Below are positions 42,771-52,397 of a DNA stretch of 64,000 nucleotides, piece by piece; the stretch's first letter is position 1, and every line of letters begins with the position of its first letter. The stretch covers positions 790-64,789 of the forward strand of contig DAPKRU010000165.1 in assembly GCA_031800675.1 (NCBI GenBank). The letters run 5' to 3'. The notes below the pieces were generated by a model. The model ran no database searches and was not told where the DNA came from. It was given only the letters and a program-made list of their open reading frames with translations. Both the position numbers and the translations under genes were made by a program. This DNA is from Polyangiaceae bacterium LLY-WYZ-15_(1-7) (GTDB lineage: Bacteria > Myxococcota_A > Polyangia > Polyangiales > Houyiibacteriaceae).

Positions 42771-45028
42771 GACGCCACCGCGCGCGACTCGGCGCTCCAA
42801 TGGGCCTGGGCGGCTCCGTAGCTCTCCATGAGGAAGGAGACGTAGCGGCGAAGGCCGGCCCGGTTCAACACGTAGACGTTGGCGTCGAAGGCATGCTCGA
42901 GGCCCGCGCGCTCGAACTCGGTCGTCGGCAGCGTGCCGGGGGCGAGGAGCAGGCGCACCGGCTCGGCTCGCTGCAGCCGGAGCGTGCGGAGCGCGTGGCG
43001 CACGGCGTCGTCGTGTTGGCTCGCCGTGGGGCGCTCGGGCGAGCCGTGGAGGGGCAGCAGCCACGTGCCGTCGAGGATGCCGGGGATGCAGAGCGACGGG
43101 GAGCATCGCTCCGTCACCATCGCCATCCGCGCGCGACCTCTGCGCGAGAGGACCGCGAGCTCGCGCCGCCGGACCAGCCCCGCCGCGGCGAAGCGTCGTC
43201 GGAGCCGCGCGAGGGTCAGGGTCTCGGCGTCGAGCCCCAGCCCACGGGCGACGAGGGCGCCCATCTCCCGCGTCGCCGCGTGCTCGATGAGCGCCCGGTG
43301 CCGTCTGCGCAGCCCCACGGTCCGGAAGCCGTCGAGGGTGGGCTCGGCGGGGCGCGTGCGCGGCAGCAGCCAGGCCTGGATGCGCGCCTTGCCGACCGCC
43401 TCGCTGGTCCCCGTGAGCTCCTGGAAGCGCGTGTGGATGCGGTTCATCTTCGCGTTCTCGGCTGCGGCGAAGAAGACCATGTAGCGGCAATCGGGCTTCA
43501 GGATGACGTGGTCCAGGAACGCGAGCAGGAGCGTGCCCGGGGTGCACCCGCGGCGGCGCGGCTGGGCGGCGAGGTGCTGGCCCAGCCAGACCCGGTCCCA
43601 GGCCTGCAGGGCCGTCACGCTCGCGACGGCCTCGCCATCCTCGTAGCGCGCGAGCGTCCGGCAGAGCGACGCCCCCTCGGTGTGGGCGCGCCGCCAGGCG
43701 AGCGCCGCGTCCTCGCCGGCGGCCTCGAGGAGCTGATTCATGTGCGGCATGAGCAGCCCGCGGTCGCGATAGAGGGCGAGCTGGGCCTCGAAGGAGGCGC
43801 CATCGTGCGCCTCGAGGGAAGGGTGTCGGAGCTCCGCGAGCAGGTCGGCGAAGCGCGGGTCCTCCCGACGATGGTTGAACGCGAGGTGCACGCGGCGCTC
43901 CCCCACGTGCCGCACCTGCACGTCACCGAGCGCCGTGCGGAAGTCGCCGACCTCGAGGCGGGCGTCGCGGAGCGGGAGATCCTCCCAGAGGAGGGCGTCC
44001 TCGCGGGCGGGCGCGTCGAAGCAGAGGCCGCCCAGGGAGAGGTCCTGCACGGCCCCGCGCGCCGTGCGGCCCGAGACGGGGTTGCGGTAGTGGAAGACGG
44101 CGTCGCGCTCCTTCGGGATGCGCGCCCGGGTCTCGGCGCGACGACGGCGGCGGCGCAGGACGAGGGGGAGAGCGAGGACGGTGGCGCCGCGGCCGACGCG
44201 CGTGACGCGGGTGACCCGCGTGATCGTCTCGTAGCTCGCCGCGAAGAGGTCGAAGCGGAGCTCGACATGCGGTTCGTCGGGGACCTCGCCCTCGAGGTGG
44301 AGCTCGGCCTGCTCGAGATCGAGGCGCGCGAACATCGAGGGCGCGCCGGCCAGCTGCGCCTCCAGCTGGAGGAGCGAGGCCAGCTCGAGCACCTGCCGGA
44401 TGCGGTCCGGATCGGAGACCAGCTCGTACTCGCCGGGGCTCTCCTCGGAGCGCGGGACGAAGTCGATGCGGACCCAGAAGCGCTGTCGGTTGTGGGGCGA
44501 GTACCAGGGCACCACCTCGCGCACGACCCCGCCGCAGCGTCGGAGCGGGCCTTCGTCCCCCAGGAGCTCGACGGTGCCGAGCTCTTCCCCGGTGTGGAAG
44601 TCGGGGGGCGCGTCGATCACGCAGTGGCCGCGGCCGATCGAGCAGACCGGGAAGGTGTGGAGGTCCCCGCGCTGCGGGCAGGTCAGGTAGAGGGAGCGGG
44701 CCTGGTAGCTGCTGCTCTTCGGCTCGCGCTCGGTGAAGAGGCGCGCGTCGGCGAGGGGGACGCAGACCACGTCCGGGGCGTGGACCTCGGCCGCCGTGCT
44801 CACGAGCGTCCAGCCCCGCTCGGGGGCGTGGATGGAGAGGGGGCCGTCGCTCTCGCCGAGCCCGCGCACCCCCACCGGGTGGAGCACCAGCTGGGCCGCG
44901 CGGCGAGGGCCCTGGATGCGCTCGAGGAAGCCGGAGCAGGCGACGCCGCCGGGGCGCCGGGCGACCACGGGCTCGAGCTCGGCCACCGAGGCGCGAAGCT
45001 GCCGCATGAGCTCGGTAGACCCGATCAT
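42767..45028 (-). CDS. Large PilZ-domain protein (canonical c-di-GMP-binding motif) with unassigned N- and C-terminal regions
   Basis: RRRRRRAETR ... DLSLGG matches the RxxxR / (D/N)xSxxG PilZ signature. I prefer the ATG at 45028, because codons between 45029 and 45115 have many A/T third positions, which looks non-coding for this genome. Confidence 0.7.
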   Translation of the reverse strand: MIGSTELMRQLRASVAELEPVVARRPGGVACSGFLERIQGPRRAAQLVLHPVGVRGLGESDGPLSIHAPERGWTLVSTAAEVHAPDVVCVPLADARLFTEREPKSSSYQARSLYLTCPQRGDLHTFPVCSIGRGHCVIDAPPDFHTGEELGTVELLGDEGPLRRCGGVVREVVPWYSPHNRQRFWVRIDFVPRSEESPGEYELVSDPDRIRQVLELASLLQLEAQLAGAPSMFARLDLEQAELHLEGEVPDEPHVELRFDLFAASYETITRVTRVTRVGRGATVLALPLVLRRRRRRAETRARIPKERDAVFHYRNPVSGRTARGAVQDLSLGGLCFDAPAREDALLWEDLPLRDARLEVGDFRTALGDVQVRHVGERRVHLAFNHRREDPRFADLLAELRHPSLEAHDGASFEAQLALYRDRGLLMPHMNQLLEAAGEDAALAWRRAHTEGASLCRTLARYEDGEAVASVTALQAWDRVWLGQHLAAQPRRRGCTPGTLLLAFLDHVILKPDCRYMVFFAAAENAKMNRIHTRFQELTGTSEAVGKARIQAWLLPRTRPAEPTLDGFRTVGLRRRHRALIEHAATREMGALVARGLGLDAETLTLARLRRRFAAAGLVRRRELAVLSRRGRARMAMVTERCSPSLCIPGILDGTWLLPLHGSPERPTASQHDDAVRHALRTLRLQRAEPVRLLLAPGTLPTTEFERAGLEHAFDANVYVLNRAGLRRYVSFLMESYGAAQAHWSAESRAVAS

Positions 45029-45040
45029 CGCCGCCCAAGA

Positions 45041-45095
45041 TAGCAGCAAACCTGCTACCTCATCGGGGGGTACGGGCTGACCGTTTTGCCCGTAC
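45041..45095. promoter_or_regulatory. Two perfect small hairpins in the relatively AT-rich spacer upstream of the PilZ operon
   Basis: TAGCAG-caaac-CTGCTA at 45041-45057. GTACGGGC-N10-GCCCGTAC at 45070-95. They could be the terminator of the upstream lipoprotein gene, an operator, or both. Confidence 0.4.
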
Positions 45096-45182
45096 CTCGA
45101 AGGGGGTGGCATCAAACTGCCAGCTCGCGCCCGGGGGCACCGACCCGCGGATCGGTGCCCCGAGGAGCGAGACGGGGCGCGC

Positions 45183-45605
45183 TCAGATCTGTCGGACGAT
45201 CTGCTCGACGACGTCCTGGGCGACGCGACGGGCCTTCTTGGTCGTGCCGCCGCGCATGGTCGTCGAGTCGGCCTCCACGCTGCGGAGCACGGCGCCGTCG
45301 GGGGCGACGAGGTCGGCGCGGGCCCGCATGCGGGTCGGGCCGAAGGAGCCGTTGCGGAACTCCGTGATGGTCACGCGGAGGGCCGGTCCCTCACCCGCCG
45401 CGAGGCTGCCGCGGAGCGCCTCGCGCATGTGGCGGACGGCGTCGTAGTCGACGAGGGCCTCGCGTCGGTCCTCGCCGAGGGCGGGGTCGAGCTGGACCTG
45501 GACCTCGGCGACGGAGCCCTCGGCGCTCGGCTGGACGGGGTGGACCTCGAAGCCGGCGCAGGCGACGGAGAGGAGGAGGGGGGCGAAGAGCATCAGACGA
45601 TTCAT
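45183..45605 (-). CDS. Hypothetical small lipoprotein
   Basis: MNRLMLFAPLLLSVAC-AGFE from the ATG at 45605 (the track ORF starts at 45623). 140 aa, no family recognised. Confidence 0.6.
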   Translation of the reverse strand: MNRLMLFAPLLLSVACAGFEVHPVQPSAEGSVAEVQVQLDPALGEDRREALVDYDAVRHMREALRGSLAAGEGPALRVTITEFRNGSFGPTRMRARADLVAPDGAVLRSVEADSTTMRGGTTKKARRVAQDVVEQIVRQI

Positions 45606-45670
45606 GGCCGCGCTCGTCGGCACGTCCGCCTGCTGGTTGCTCCCGGGGCTGCTATCTCTGCGGCCTCGCC

Positions 45671-46735
45671 GTGTTCCCCTTCGCGCCGCCGACGATGCTC
45701 GCCCCCATGGAGGGCGTCAGCCACCCGACCTTCCGCCGCCTGATCGCCGAGCGGGGCGGCGTGGGTGTCGTCTGCACGGAGTTCGTGCGCGTCTCGCGGG
45801 CGCCGCTGAGCCCGGTGGCGCTCCGGCGCGAGGTGGTGAAGGTGCCGGGCGTGCCCCTCTCCGTGCAGGTCATGGGGAACGACGCGGAGAAGATGGCGGA
45901 CGCGGCGCACCACGTGGCGGACGCGGGCGCGGACGTGGTCGACATCAACCTCGGCTGCCCCATGCCGCGGGTCGTGAAGAAGGGCGTCGGCGCGGCGATG
46001 CTGAAGGACCCGGCGCTGCTGGCGCGGGTGCTCGGGGCGATGCGGGAGCGGACGCCGGGGCTCCTGAGCGCGAAGATCCGCGCGGGCTTCGACGACGCGG
46101 AGAACGTCGTGCGCATCGCGAAGACCGTGGAGGCGGCGGGGGTCGACTTCCTGGTCGTGCACCCGCGGACCCGGCGGGACCTCTACGAGGGCGTGGCGGA
46201 CTGGCGCATCGTGCGCGTGCTGAAGGAGGCCCTCGCGATCCCGGTCGTGGGGAACGGCGACGTCTGGTACGCGGCGGACGCGCTCCGCATGGAGCGGGAG
46301 ACGGGCTGCGACGCGGTGATGATCGGGCGGCCGGCCATGCGGAACCCGTGGATCTTCGAGCAGGTCGCGGCGCTGCGCGCCGGGGAAGCGCCCTTCGATC
46401 CGAGCGGGGCGGACCTCGCGGAGTGGCTGCATCGGGTGCGGGCGGTCTACGAGGAGGAGATCGGCGGCAACGTGCCGGGGAAGCTCAAGGAGCTCCTGCG
46501 CTGGATGGGCCGCGCGGTCGACGACGGGGGCGCGTTCCGGCAGGCGGCGCTGCGGGCGCCGGACGCGGACGCCATCCTCGGGGAGGTGGACGCGCGGCTC
46601 CGGCCGCTGGGGCCCGAGGCGCTCGACCTCGACGCGCACGGGCGGCACCGCTTCGAGCGGAGCGGCGCGGCGGAGGGGTCGGGCTCGCGCTCGGGCTCGG
46701 TGGGGGGCTCGGCCCCGGCGCCTCGCGTCGCCTGA
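45671..46735 (+). CDS. dus: tRNA-dihydrouridine synthase
   Basis: LAPMEGVSHPTFRRL, DINLGCPMPRVVKKGVGAAML and VHPRT, followed by MIGRPAMRNPWIF. GTG start. Confidence 0.9.
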   Translation: MFPFAPPTMLAPMEGVSHPTFRRLIAERGGVGVVCTEFVRVSRAPLSPVALRREVVKVPGVPLSVQVMGNDAEKMADAAHHVADAGADVVDINLGCPMPRVVKKGVGAAMLKDPALLARVLGAMRERTPGLLSAKIRAGFDDAENVVRIAKTVEAAGVDFLVVHPRTRRDLYEGVADWRIVRVLKEALAIPVVGNGDVWYAADALRMERETGCDAVMIGRPAMRNPWIFEQVAALRAGEAPFDPSGADLAEWLHRVRAVYEEEIGGNVPGKLKELLRWMGRAVDDGGAFRQAALRAPDADAILGEVDARLRPLGPEALDLDAHGRHRFERSGAAEGSGSRSGSVGGSAPAPRVA

Positions 46736-46855
46736 GGTGGGCGGGGGCGCGGAGGCGGGCCGGGAGCGCGGGAGGCCCGGGCGCCTTCACACTTCTTCAC
46801 GGCTTTCGGTGGAAAGCCCGTGGCGCGGGGGCGGTGAGGGGGGCACACCTTCGGG

Positions 46856-48418
46856 GTGCGCCATCTCCCGCTCCTCCCGCTCCTCGTGCTCGCCGGGGCG
46901 GCCACCGTGCAGCCAGCGCTCGCGCAGCCCGCGAGCTCCCGGCCGGGGCCGTCCCCGCCCGCCGAGCCGTCCGGCGAGATCGAGGTCCACCAGGCGCTCG
47001 CGCGCGCCCTCGAGGCGAACCCCAGCGTGCGCGTCGCCCTCCTCGAGGTGGTCGCGGCCCGGGCGGGGACCCGCGCCGCCGAGCTCGCGCGCGCGCCGAC
47101 CCTCCGCGCCGACATGAGCGGGGCCTACCAGGAGAGCCTCGCGGGCACCGGCGTCGGCGTCACGCGGAACGACAGCCAGACCGTGTCGCTCGGGCTCGGC
47201 CTCGACTGGACGAGCGACGCGGGCACGGTGATCGCCGTGGACGCCTCGAGCGGGGTGCGCTGGCGCTCCACCAACCGGGACCCGAGCACGGACCTGACCG
47301 TCACCATCGGGCCGAACTACGACGTGCAGCTCGGCACCTCGCTCCGCCAGCCGCTCCTGCGCGGCGCGGGTCGGCGGTCCGTCCGCGCCGCCGAGCGGGA
47401 GGCGGCCGCCGCCGAACGGCGCGTGGGCCACGAGCGGGACGTGGAGGTGAGCGCGGTCGTGCGGGACGTGCTCGCCGCCTACTGGGAGCTCTGGTACGCG
47501 GAGCGGGCTCTGGAGGTGCAGCGGGAGGCCGAGGCGCTGGCCGCGCGGCAGCTCGAGGAGGCCCGGGCCCGGGTGGAGCTCGGCTCGCTCGCGCCCGTCG
47601 ACGCGCTCCGCTTCGCCAGCGAGCTGGCCTCTCTCCGGGAGACGCGGCGGAGCGCCGAGGCCAGCCGGGTCCAGGCGCGCGTCGCCCTCGCCGAGCTCCT
47701 CGCCGTCGCCCCCGGGAGCCTCCGCACCGCCGCGCCGCCGCCGGAGGCGCCCGCGCTCCCGAGCCTCGAGGCGCTCCTCGCGCGGGTGGAGGCGACCTCG
47801 CCGACGCTGCTCGCCCTGGACGCCGGCGTGGAGGAGGCCGAGGAGCGGCTCACGGCCGCCCGAGACGCCGCCCGCGCGCGCCTCGACGCGGTGGCCGACG
47901 TCGGCGTCTACGCGCTCTGGGCCACCGACGACGCCCTCGCCGGCGCCCAGCTCCCCGACGGGCGCCCGGCCTTCGTCGCGAGCGGGGGGCTCGAGCTCGA
48001 GCTCCCGCTGGGCTCGGCCGCCGCCGACGCGCGCCGGGACGCGGCCGTCGCCCAGCTCGCGGCGGCCCGCGCCCAGCGGGAGCAGCAGGCCCGGGCGCTC
48101 CGCGCGCGGGTGCGCGAGCGCTTCGAGGCCGTGGCCTCGGCCCGGGACCGGGTGCCCCTCGCCGACGAGACGGCGAGCGTGGCCGCCGAGCTCGGGGAGG
48201 CGGAGCGGGCGCGCCTCGAGCTGGGGACGACCACCAGCGCCGATCTTCTCCAGGCCCAGCAGACCGCCCGGGAGGCCGCGCTGCGGCGCTTGCGGGTGCT
48301 CGTGGACGCGACCGTCGCCGCGCAGGGCCTGGCCCACGAAGCCGGCGCGCTCCTCGATCGCTTCTCTCTGCGCGTCCCCGACGCGGGCGAGCTCGCCGAG
48401 GTCGACGATGTCCACTGA
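46856..48418 (+). CDS. TolC-family outer-membrane efflux protein
   Basis: Signal MRHLPLLPLLVLAGAATVQPALAQ, then two OEP-type repeat halves (ALEANPSVRVALLEV..., coiled-coil Ala/Arg/Glu-rich segments). Confidence 0.85.
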   Translation: MRHLPLLPLLVLAGAATVQPALAQPASSRPGPSPPAEPSGEIEVHQALARALEANPSVRVALLEVVAARAGTRAAELARAPTLRADMSGAYQESLAGTGVGVTRNDSQTVSLGLGLDWTSDAGTVIAVDASSGVRWRSTNRDPSTDLTVTIGPNYDVQLGTSLRQPLLRGAGRRSVRAAEREAAAAERRVGHERDVEVSAVVRDVLAAYWELWYAERALEVQREAEALAARQLEEARARVELGSLAPVDALRFASELASLRETRRSAEASRVQARVALAELLAVAPGSLRTAAPPPEAPALPSLEALLARVEATSPTLLALDAGVEEAEERLTAARDAARARLDAVADVGVYALWATDDALAGAQLPDGRPAFVASGGLELELPLGSAAADARRDAAVAQLAAARAQREQQARALRARVRERFEAVASARDRVPLADETASVAAELGEAERARLELGTTTSADLLQAQQTAREAALRRLRVLVDATVAAQGLAHEAGALLDRFSLRVPDAGELAEVDDVH

Positions 48419-49649
48419 TGTTGCCCGCCCCGGCGCGCTCGCGCGCCTCCGCCGCCTCGCCCTCCCGCTCGTCGTCGTCCTCGGCCTCGGCGGGGGCCTG
48501 ACCTGGTGGCTCCTCTCGCGCGACGCCGAGCGGTCCGCGCCCATCGAGACGGTCCGCGTGGAGCGGGGGAGCATCCGCGAGACCGCCGAGGCGACGGGGC
48601 ACGTCGAGCCGCACGTGCAGGTGGAGGTGAAGTCCGAGATCGCCGGGGAGATCGTCGAGGTGCTCGCACGCGAGGGCGTCACCGTGGAGCAGGGCGAGGT
48701 CCTCTTCCGCGTCGACCGGCGCGACGCCGAGCGGAGCCTCGAAGACGCCCGCGTGGCCCTGCAGCGGAGCCGCGCGGAGCTGGCCCAGGCGCGCGCGAAC
48801 CTCGCCGTCGCCCGGGCGCAGGCCGAGGAGGCCGACGCGGCCCGGGACCTCGCCGCGCGCAGCACGGAGCGGGGCCTCCTCAGCGCGGAGGCGAACCGGA
48901 CGGCCGCCTCCAACGCGGCCGTGGCGCGGGCGACCCAGCTCCAGCGTCGGGCCGCCGTGCAGGCCGGCGTGGCGAGCGTCGCGGCGGCTCGGCTCGCCGT
49001 GCAGGATGCCGAGCAGCGCCTGAGCGAGACGGAGATCGTCGCGCCCATCGCCGGTACGGTGCTCGACGTGGCCGTGGAGGTCGGCTCCATCGTCGCCTCC
49101 GCCACGGCCAACCTGAGCGGCGGCGAGCCGCTGGCGACGCTCGCGGACCTCTCGGACCTGCGCGTGATCGGCGAGATCGACGAGGCGCAGATCGCGCGGG
49201 TCGAGCCGGGCCAGCGTGTGGAGATCCGCGTCGACGCCTATCCGGACCGCGTCTTCGCCGGGCGCGTGGAGCGGGTGGCGCCCCTCGGCGTGGAGGAGGC
49301 GAGCGTGGTGAGCTTCGAGGTGGAGATCGTGGTCGTCGACGAGGAGGCGGCGCGCCTCCGCTCGGGGATGAGCGCGGACCTCTCGATCCTCACGGGCGAG
49401 GTCGAGGGGGTCCTCGTGCCGCTGGTCGCGGTGCGGAGCGAGGGGGGCGAGCGCGTCGTGCAGCTCGCCTCCGGGGAGGTGCGGGCCATCCGCGCCGGCG
49501 CCACCGACGGCCGCTCGCTCGTCGTGCTCGACGGGCTCGAGGCGGGCGACGAGGTGCGGATCACGCCGCTCGCGAGCGGGGCCGCCGCGTCCGGGCAGCG
49601 CGGCGGGAACCCCTTCATGCCGGGCCCCGGCCGGCGAGGGCGGCGATGA
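48408..49649 (+). CDS. Efflux periplasmic adaptor (HlyD/MacA-type membrane fusion protein)
   Basis: N-terminal TM, a lipoyl-like half (VKSEIAGEIVEVLAREGVTVEQGEVLFRVD), a long coiled coil, then IVAPIAGTVLDV. Overlaps the TolC gene by 11 nt. Confidence 0.85.
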   Translation: MSTDVARPGALARLRRLALPLVVVLGLGGGLTWWLLSRDAERSAPIETVRVERGSIRETAEATGHVEPHVQVEVKSEIAGEIVEVLAREGVTVEQGEVLFRVDRRDAERSLEDARVALQRSRAELAQARANLAVARAQAEEADAARDLAARSTERGLLSAEANRTAASNAAVARATQLQRRAAVQAGVASVAAARLAVQDAEQRLSETEIVAPIAGTVLDVAVEVGSIVASATANLSGGEPLATLADLSDLRVIGEIDEAQIARVEPGQRVEIRVDAYPDRVFAGRVERVAPLGVEEASVVSFEVEIVVVDEEAARLRSGMSADLSILTGEVEGVLVPLVAVRSEGGERVVQLASGEVRAIRAGATDGRSLVVLDGLEAGDEVRITPLASGAAASGQRGGNPFMPGPGRRGRR

Positions 49650-50431
49650 GCGAGGCCGTCGCGGCGGTCGGGGAGGGCGCGTCCGACGCGGCCGTCCCCA
49701 CGGTCGAGGTCGAGGGGCTCACGAAGGTCTACCAGGCGGGCGATCCGGACCTCGCCGTGCGGGCCCTCGACGGGCTCGACTTCCGCATCGAGCGCGGCGA
49801 CTCCGTGGCCATCGTCGGCCCGTCCGGCTGCGGCAAGTCCACGTTGCTGCACGTGCTCGGCTGCCTGGATCGGCCGACCTCGGGCCGCTACCGGCTCGAG
49901 GGCCAGGACGTCGCGAACCTGGACGAGGACGCGCTCGCCCGCATCCGCAACCATCACATCGGCTTCGTCTTCCAGTCCTTCAACCTGCTCCCGCGCATGA
50001 GCGCCGTGGAGAACGTCGAGCTCCCCCTGCTCTACGCCGGCGTATCCGGCGGGCGCGAGCGCGCCCTCTCCGCCCTCGCGCGGGTCGGCCTCGCGGACCA
50101 GGCCCACCGCTGGCCGAACGAGCTCTCGGGGGGGCAGAACCAGCGCGTCGCCATCGCCCGCGCGCTCGTCACGCGCCCCTCGCTCCTCCTCGGCGACGAG
50201 CCCACGGGCGCCCTCGACAGCGGCACGAGCGCCGACGTGCTCGACCTGCTCACGACCCTCCACGACGAGGGCACGACCCTGGTCCTCGTCACCCACGACA
50301 TCGCCGTGGCCCGCCGGCTGCGGCGCGCGATCTGGATGCGGGACGGGCGCATCGTCGACGACGGCCCCTCGGGTCCCGTGCTCGACGCCTTCATCGAGGC
50401 CACCGCGGGGGGCGCCGATGCTCCTGCGTGA
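49646..50431 (+). CDS. MacB/LolD-type ABC transporter ATP-binding protein
   Basis: Walker A GPSGCGKST, signature LSGGQNQRVAIARAL, Walker B LLLGDEPTGALD. The ATG overlaps the preceding stop (ATGA). Confidence 0.92.
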   Translation: MSEAVAAVGEGASDAAVPTVEVEGLTKVYQAGDPDLAVRALDGLDFRIERGDSVAIVGPSGCGKSTLLHVLGCLDRPTSGRYRLEGQDVANLDEDALARIRNHHIGFVFQSFNLLPRMSAVENVELPLLYAGVSGGRERALSALARVGLADQAHRWPNELSGGQNQRVAIARALVTRPSLLLGDEPTGALDSGTSADVLDLLTTLHDEGTTLVLVTHDIAVARRLRRAIWMRDGRIVDDGPSGPVLDAFIEATAGGADAPA

Positions 50432-51623
50432 GACCATCCGTACGGCGCTCCGCTCGCTGCTCAGTCACCGCATGCGCACGGCCCTGACCGCCCTCGGCAT
50501 GGTCATCGGCGTCGCGGCCGTCATCGCCGTGCTCGCCATCGGCGAGGGCGCGAAGTCGAGCGTGGAGGGGCACATCCGCTCGCTCGGCACGAACCTGCTC
50601 AGCGTGCGCCCGGGTCGGCGGGTGGCGGGGCCCGTGCGCGTCGGCCGGGTGGACACGCTCGTGCGCGGCGACGTCGACGCGATCGCCGAGCTGCCGGGGG
50701 TCGCGGCCGTGAGCGGCGAGACGGCCGGCTCGGGGCAGGTGAAGCACCGGGAGAACAACCTCTCGGCGACGGTGTACGGCGTGACCGAGGACTACCTCGC
50801 GATCCGCAACCTCGCCGTGGCGCGAGGCATCGGTTTCGGGGAGGCGGACGATCGGCAGCGCCGACGCGTCGCGGTGATCGGGGCCGAGGTGGCGATGGAG
50901 CTCTTCGGGGGGCGTCCGGCGCTCGGGGAGCGCATCCAGATCGCGGGGCAGGGGTTCACGGTGGTCGGCGTGCTCGAGGCGAAGGGCGACATGGGCTTCT
51001 CCTCGCCGGACGAGTACGTGCTCGTGCCCCTCTCCGTGCATCAGGGATCGCTCTTCGGGAGCGACGCGCTCTCGAGCATCTCCGTGCAGGTCGAGCGGGA
51101 GGAGCTGAGCGACGAGGTGCAGGAGCGCATCGAGCAGCTCCTCCGGCTGCGGCATCGGCTGGCGGTCGGGGAGGACGACGACTTCGAGGTGCGCTCGCAG
51201 ACCGAGATGCTCGAGACGATGGGCGCCGTGACCGGGACCTTCTCGGCCCTCCTCGGCAGCGTCGCTGCCGTGAGCCTGCTGGTCGGCGGCATCGGCATCA
51301 TGAACATCATGCTCGTCTCCGTGCGCGAGCGGACGCGCGAGATCGGCGTGCGCATGGCCGTGGGGGCGCGGCGGCGCGACATCCTGATGCAGTTCCTCGT
51401 CGAGTCGATCGTCGTGTCGGTCTTCGGGGGCCTCCTGGGCATCGCGCTCGGGACGGGGGCGGCGCTGCTGATCGCGCGGCTCGGCCAGTGGGAGGCGGTG
51501 GTGCCGACCTACGCCTACACGCTCGCGCTCGGCGTGTCGGTGTTCATCGGGATCGTCTTCGGCGTGGGGCCGGCGCGGAGGGCGGCGCGGCTCGATCCGG
51601 TGGAGGCGCTGAGGAACGCCTGA
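50418..51623 (+). CDS. MacB/FtsX-type ABC transporter permease
   Basis: 401 aa with an N-terminal TM, a periplasmic MacB_PCD-like domain, and a C-terminal FtsX region (GGIGIMNIMLVSVRERTREIGVRMAVGA). Overlaps the ATPase gene by 14 nt. Confidence 0.9.
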   Translation: MLLRETIRTALRSLLSHRMRTALTALGMVIGVAAVIAVLAIGEGAKSSVEGHIRSLGTNLLSVRPGRRVAGPVRVGRVDTLVRGDVDAIAELPGVAAVSGETAGSGQVKHRENNLSATVYGVTEDYLAIRNLAVARGIGFGEADDRQRRRVAVIGAEVAMELFGGRPALGERIQIAGQGFTVVGVLEAKGDMGFSSPDEYVLVPLSVHQGSLFGSDALSSISVQVEREELSDEVQERIEQLLRLRHRLAVGEDDDFEVRSQTEMLETMGAVTGTFSALLGSVAAVSLLVGGIGIMNIMLVSVRERTREIGVRMAVGARRRDILMQFLVESIVVSVFGGLLGIALGTGAALLIARLGQWEAVVPTYAYTLALGVSVFIGIVFGVGPARRAARLDPVEALRNA

Positions 51624-51795
51624 CGAGTGGGCGCGAGGGTGAAGGGGTCGTCTCCTCGGGCCGGGGGAGTGCCGCGCCGCGTCGCGGGGGCTCCCGGGGG
51701 GAGCTGGCAGTTTTCTTCCACACCCATTCGGGGCGTTTCGCGGGAGGGCACCGTCGTCTAGGCTGACCGAGGGTCGGAGACGGTTGGAGGGGGCC

Positions 51796-52386
51796 ATGCT
51801 CGAAGACGAAGAGGGAGAGCGGGACGCGCGGAGGCGGAAGCCCACGGTGCGCGAGCTCGCCGTCCCCTCGGACGCGCCCATTCCCTCGGAGCCGATGGGC
51901 ACCCCGGAGCGCGGCATCGAGCGTCGAGGCCCGCGCTCGTCGCCGTCTTCGCCCTCGGGGGCTTCCTCGTCGCGCTCGTCGTCCCCGCCTCCGTCGGAGC
52001 GCATCCTCCGGGTGGACCGCTCGGCCTTTCCGCTGGTCGTGCTCACGCCCGGCCGGGCGGACGACACGGAGGTCGATGGCTACCTCGCGCTCCTCGACGA
52101 GCTCGCGGCCGGGGCGCGCGACGCCGTGGTGCTGGTGGACCTGCGGCTCTGCCTCGCGATCTCGCCGCTCGTGCGGAGGCGCGTCGCCGAGGCCTTCGGC
52201 GAGCGCGGCGAGGCCTGGACGAAGCGGGTCCTCGCGCAGGCCTTCGTGGCCGCGACGCCGGCGCAGCGGGGCGCCGTGACGGCCGTGCAGTGGATGATCG
52301 AGGGCGCGCCGGACTGCCCGATCTTCGAGGACCGAGCGGACGCCGAGGCGTTCCTGAAGAGCGTCCTCGAGCCGCCCTCGGAGTAG
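51796..52386 (+). CDS. Hypothetical protein (disordered S/P-rich N-terminus, folded C-terminal ~120 aa)
   Basis: ATG at 51796 with GGAGG 5 nt upstream. G/C third positions. No family recognised. Confidence 0.5.
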   Translation: MLEDEEGERDARRRKPTVRELAVPSDAPIPSEPMGTPERGIERRGPRSSPSSPSGASSSRSSSPPPSERILRVDRSAFPLVVLTPGRADDTEVDGYLALLDELAAGARDAVVLVDLRLCLAISPLVRRRVAEAFGERGEAWTKRVLAQAFVAATPAQRGAVTAVQWMIEGAPDCPIFEDRADAEAFLKSVLEPPSE

Positions 52387-52397
52387 AGGCGCGCCCC

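Noticed and set aside
45029-45115. TTG/ATG starts at 45115/45112 that would extend the PilZ protein by 29 aa.
   Set aside because: Codons in this stretch have many A/T third positions, atypical for coding DNA here. The stretch also contains two perfect hairpins. The ATG at 45028 is therefore preferred.
46856-51623. The TolC-MacA-MacB efflux set as the exporter of the MNIO peptide.
   Set aside because: It lies more than 40 kb away with many unrelated genes between. The precursor has its own Sec/lipoprotein-type signal. It is treated as an ordinary tripartite efflux operon.
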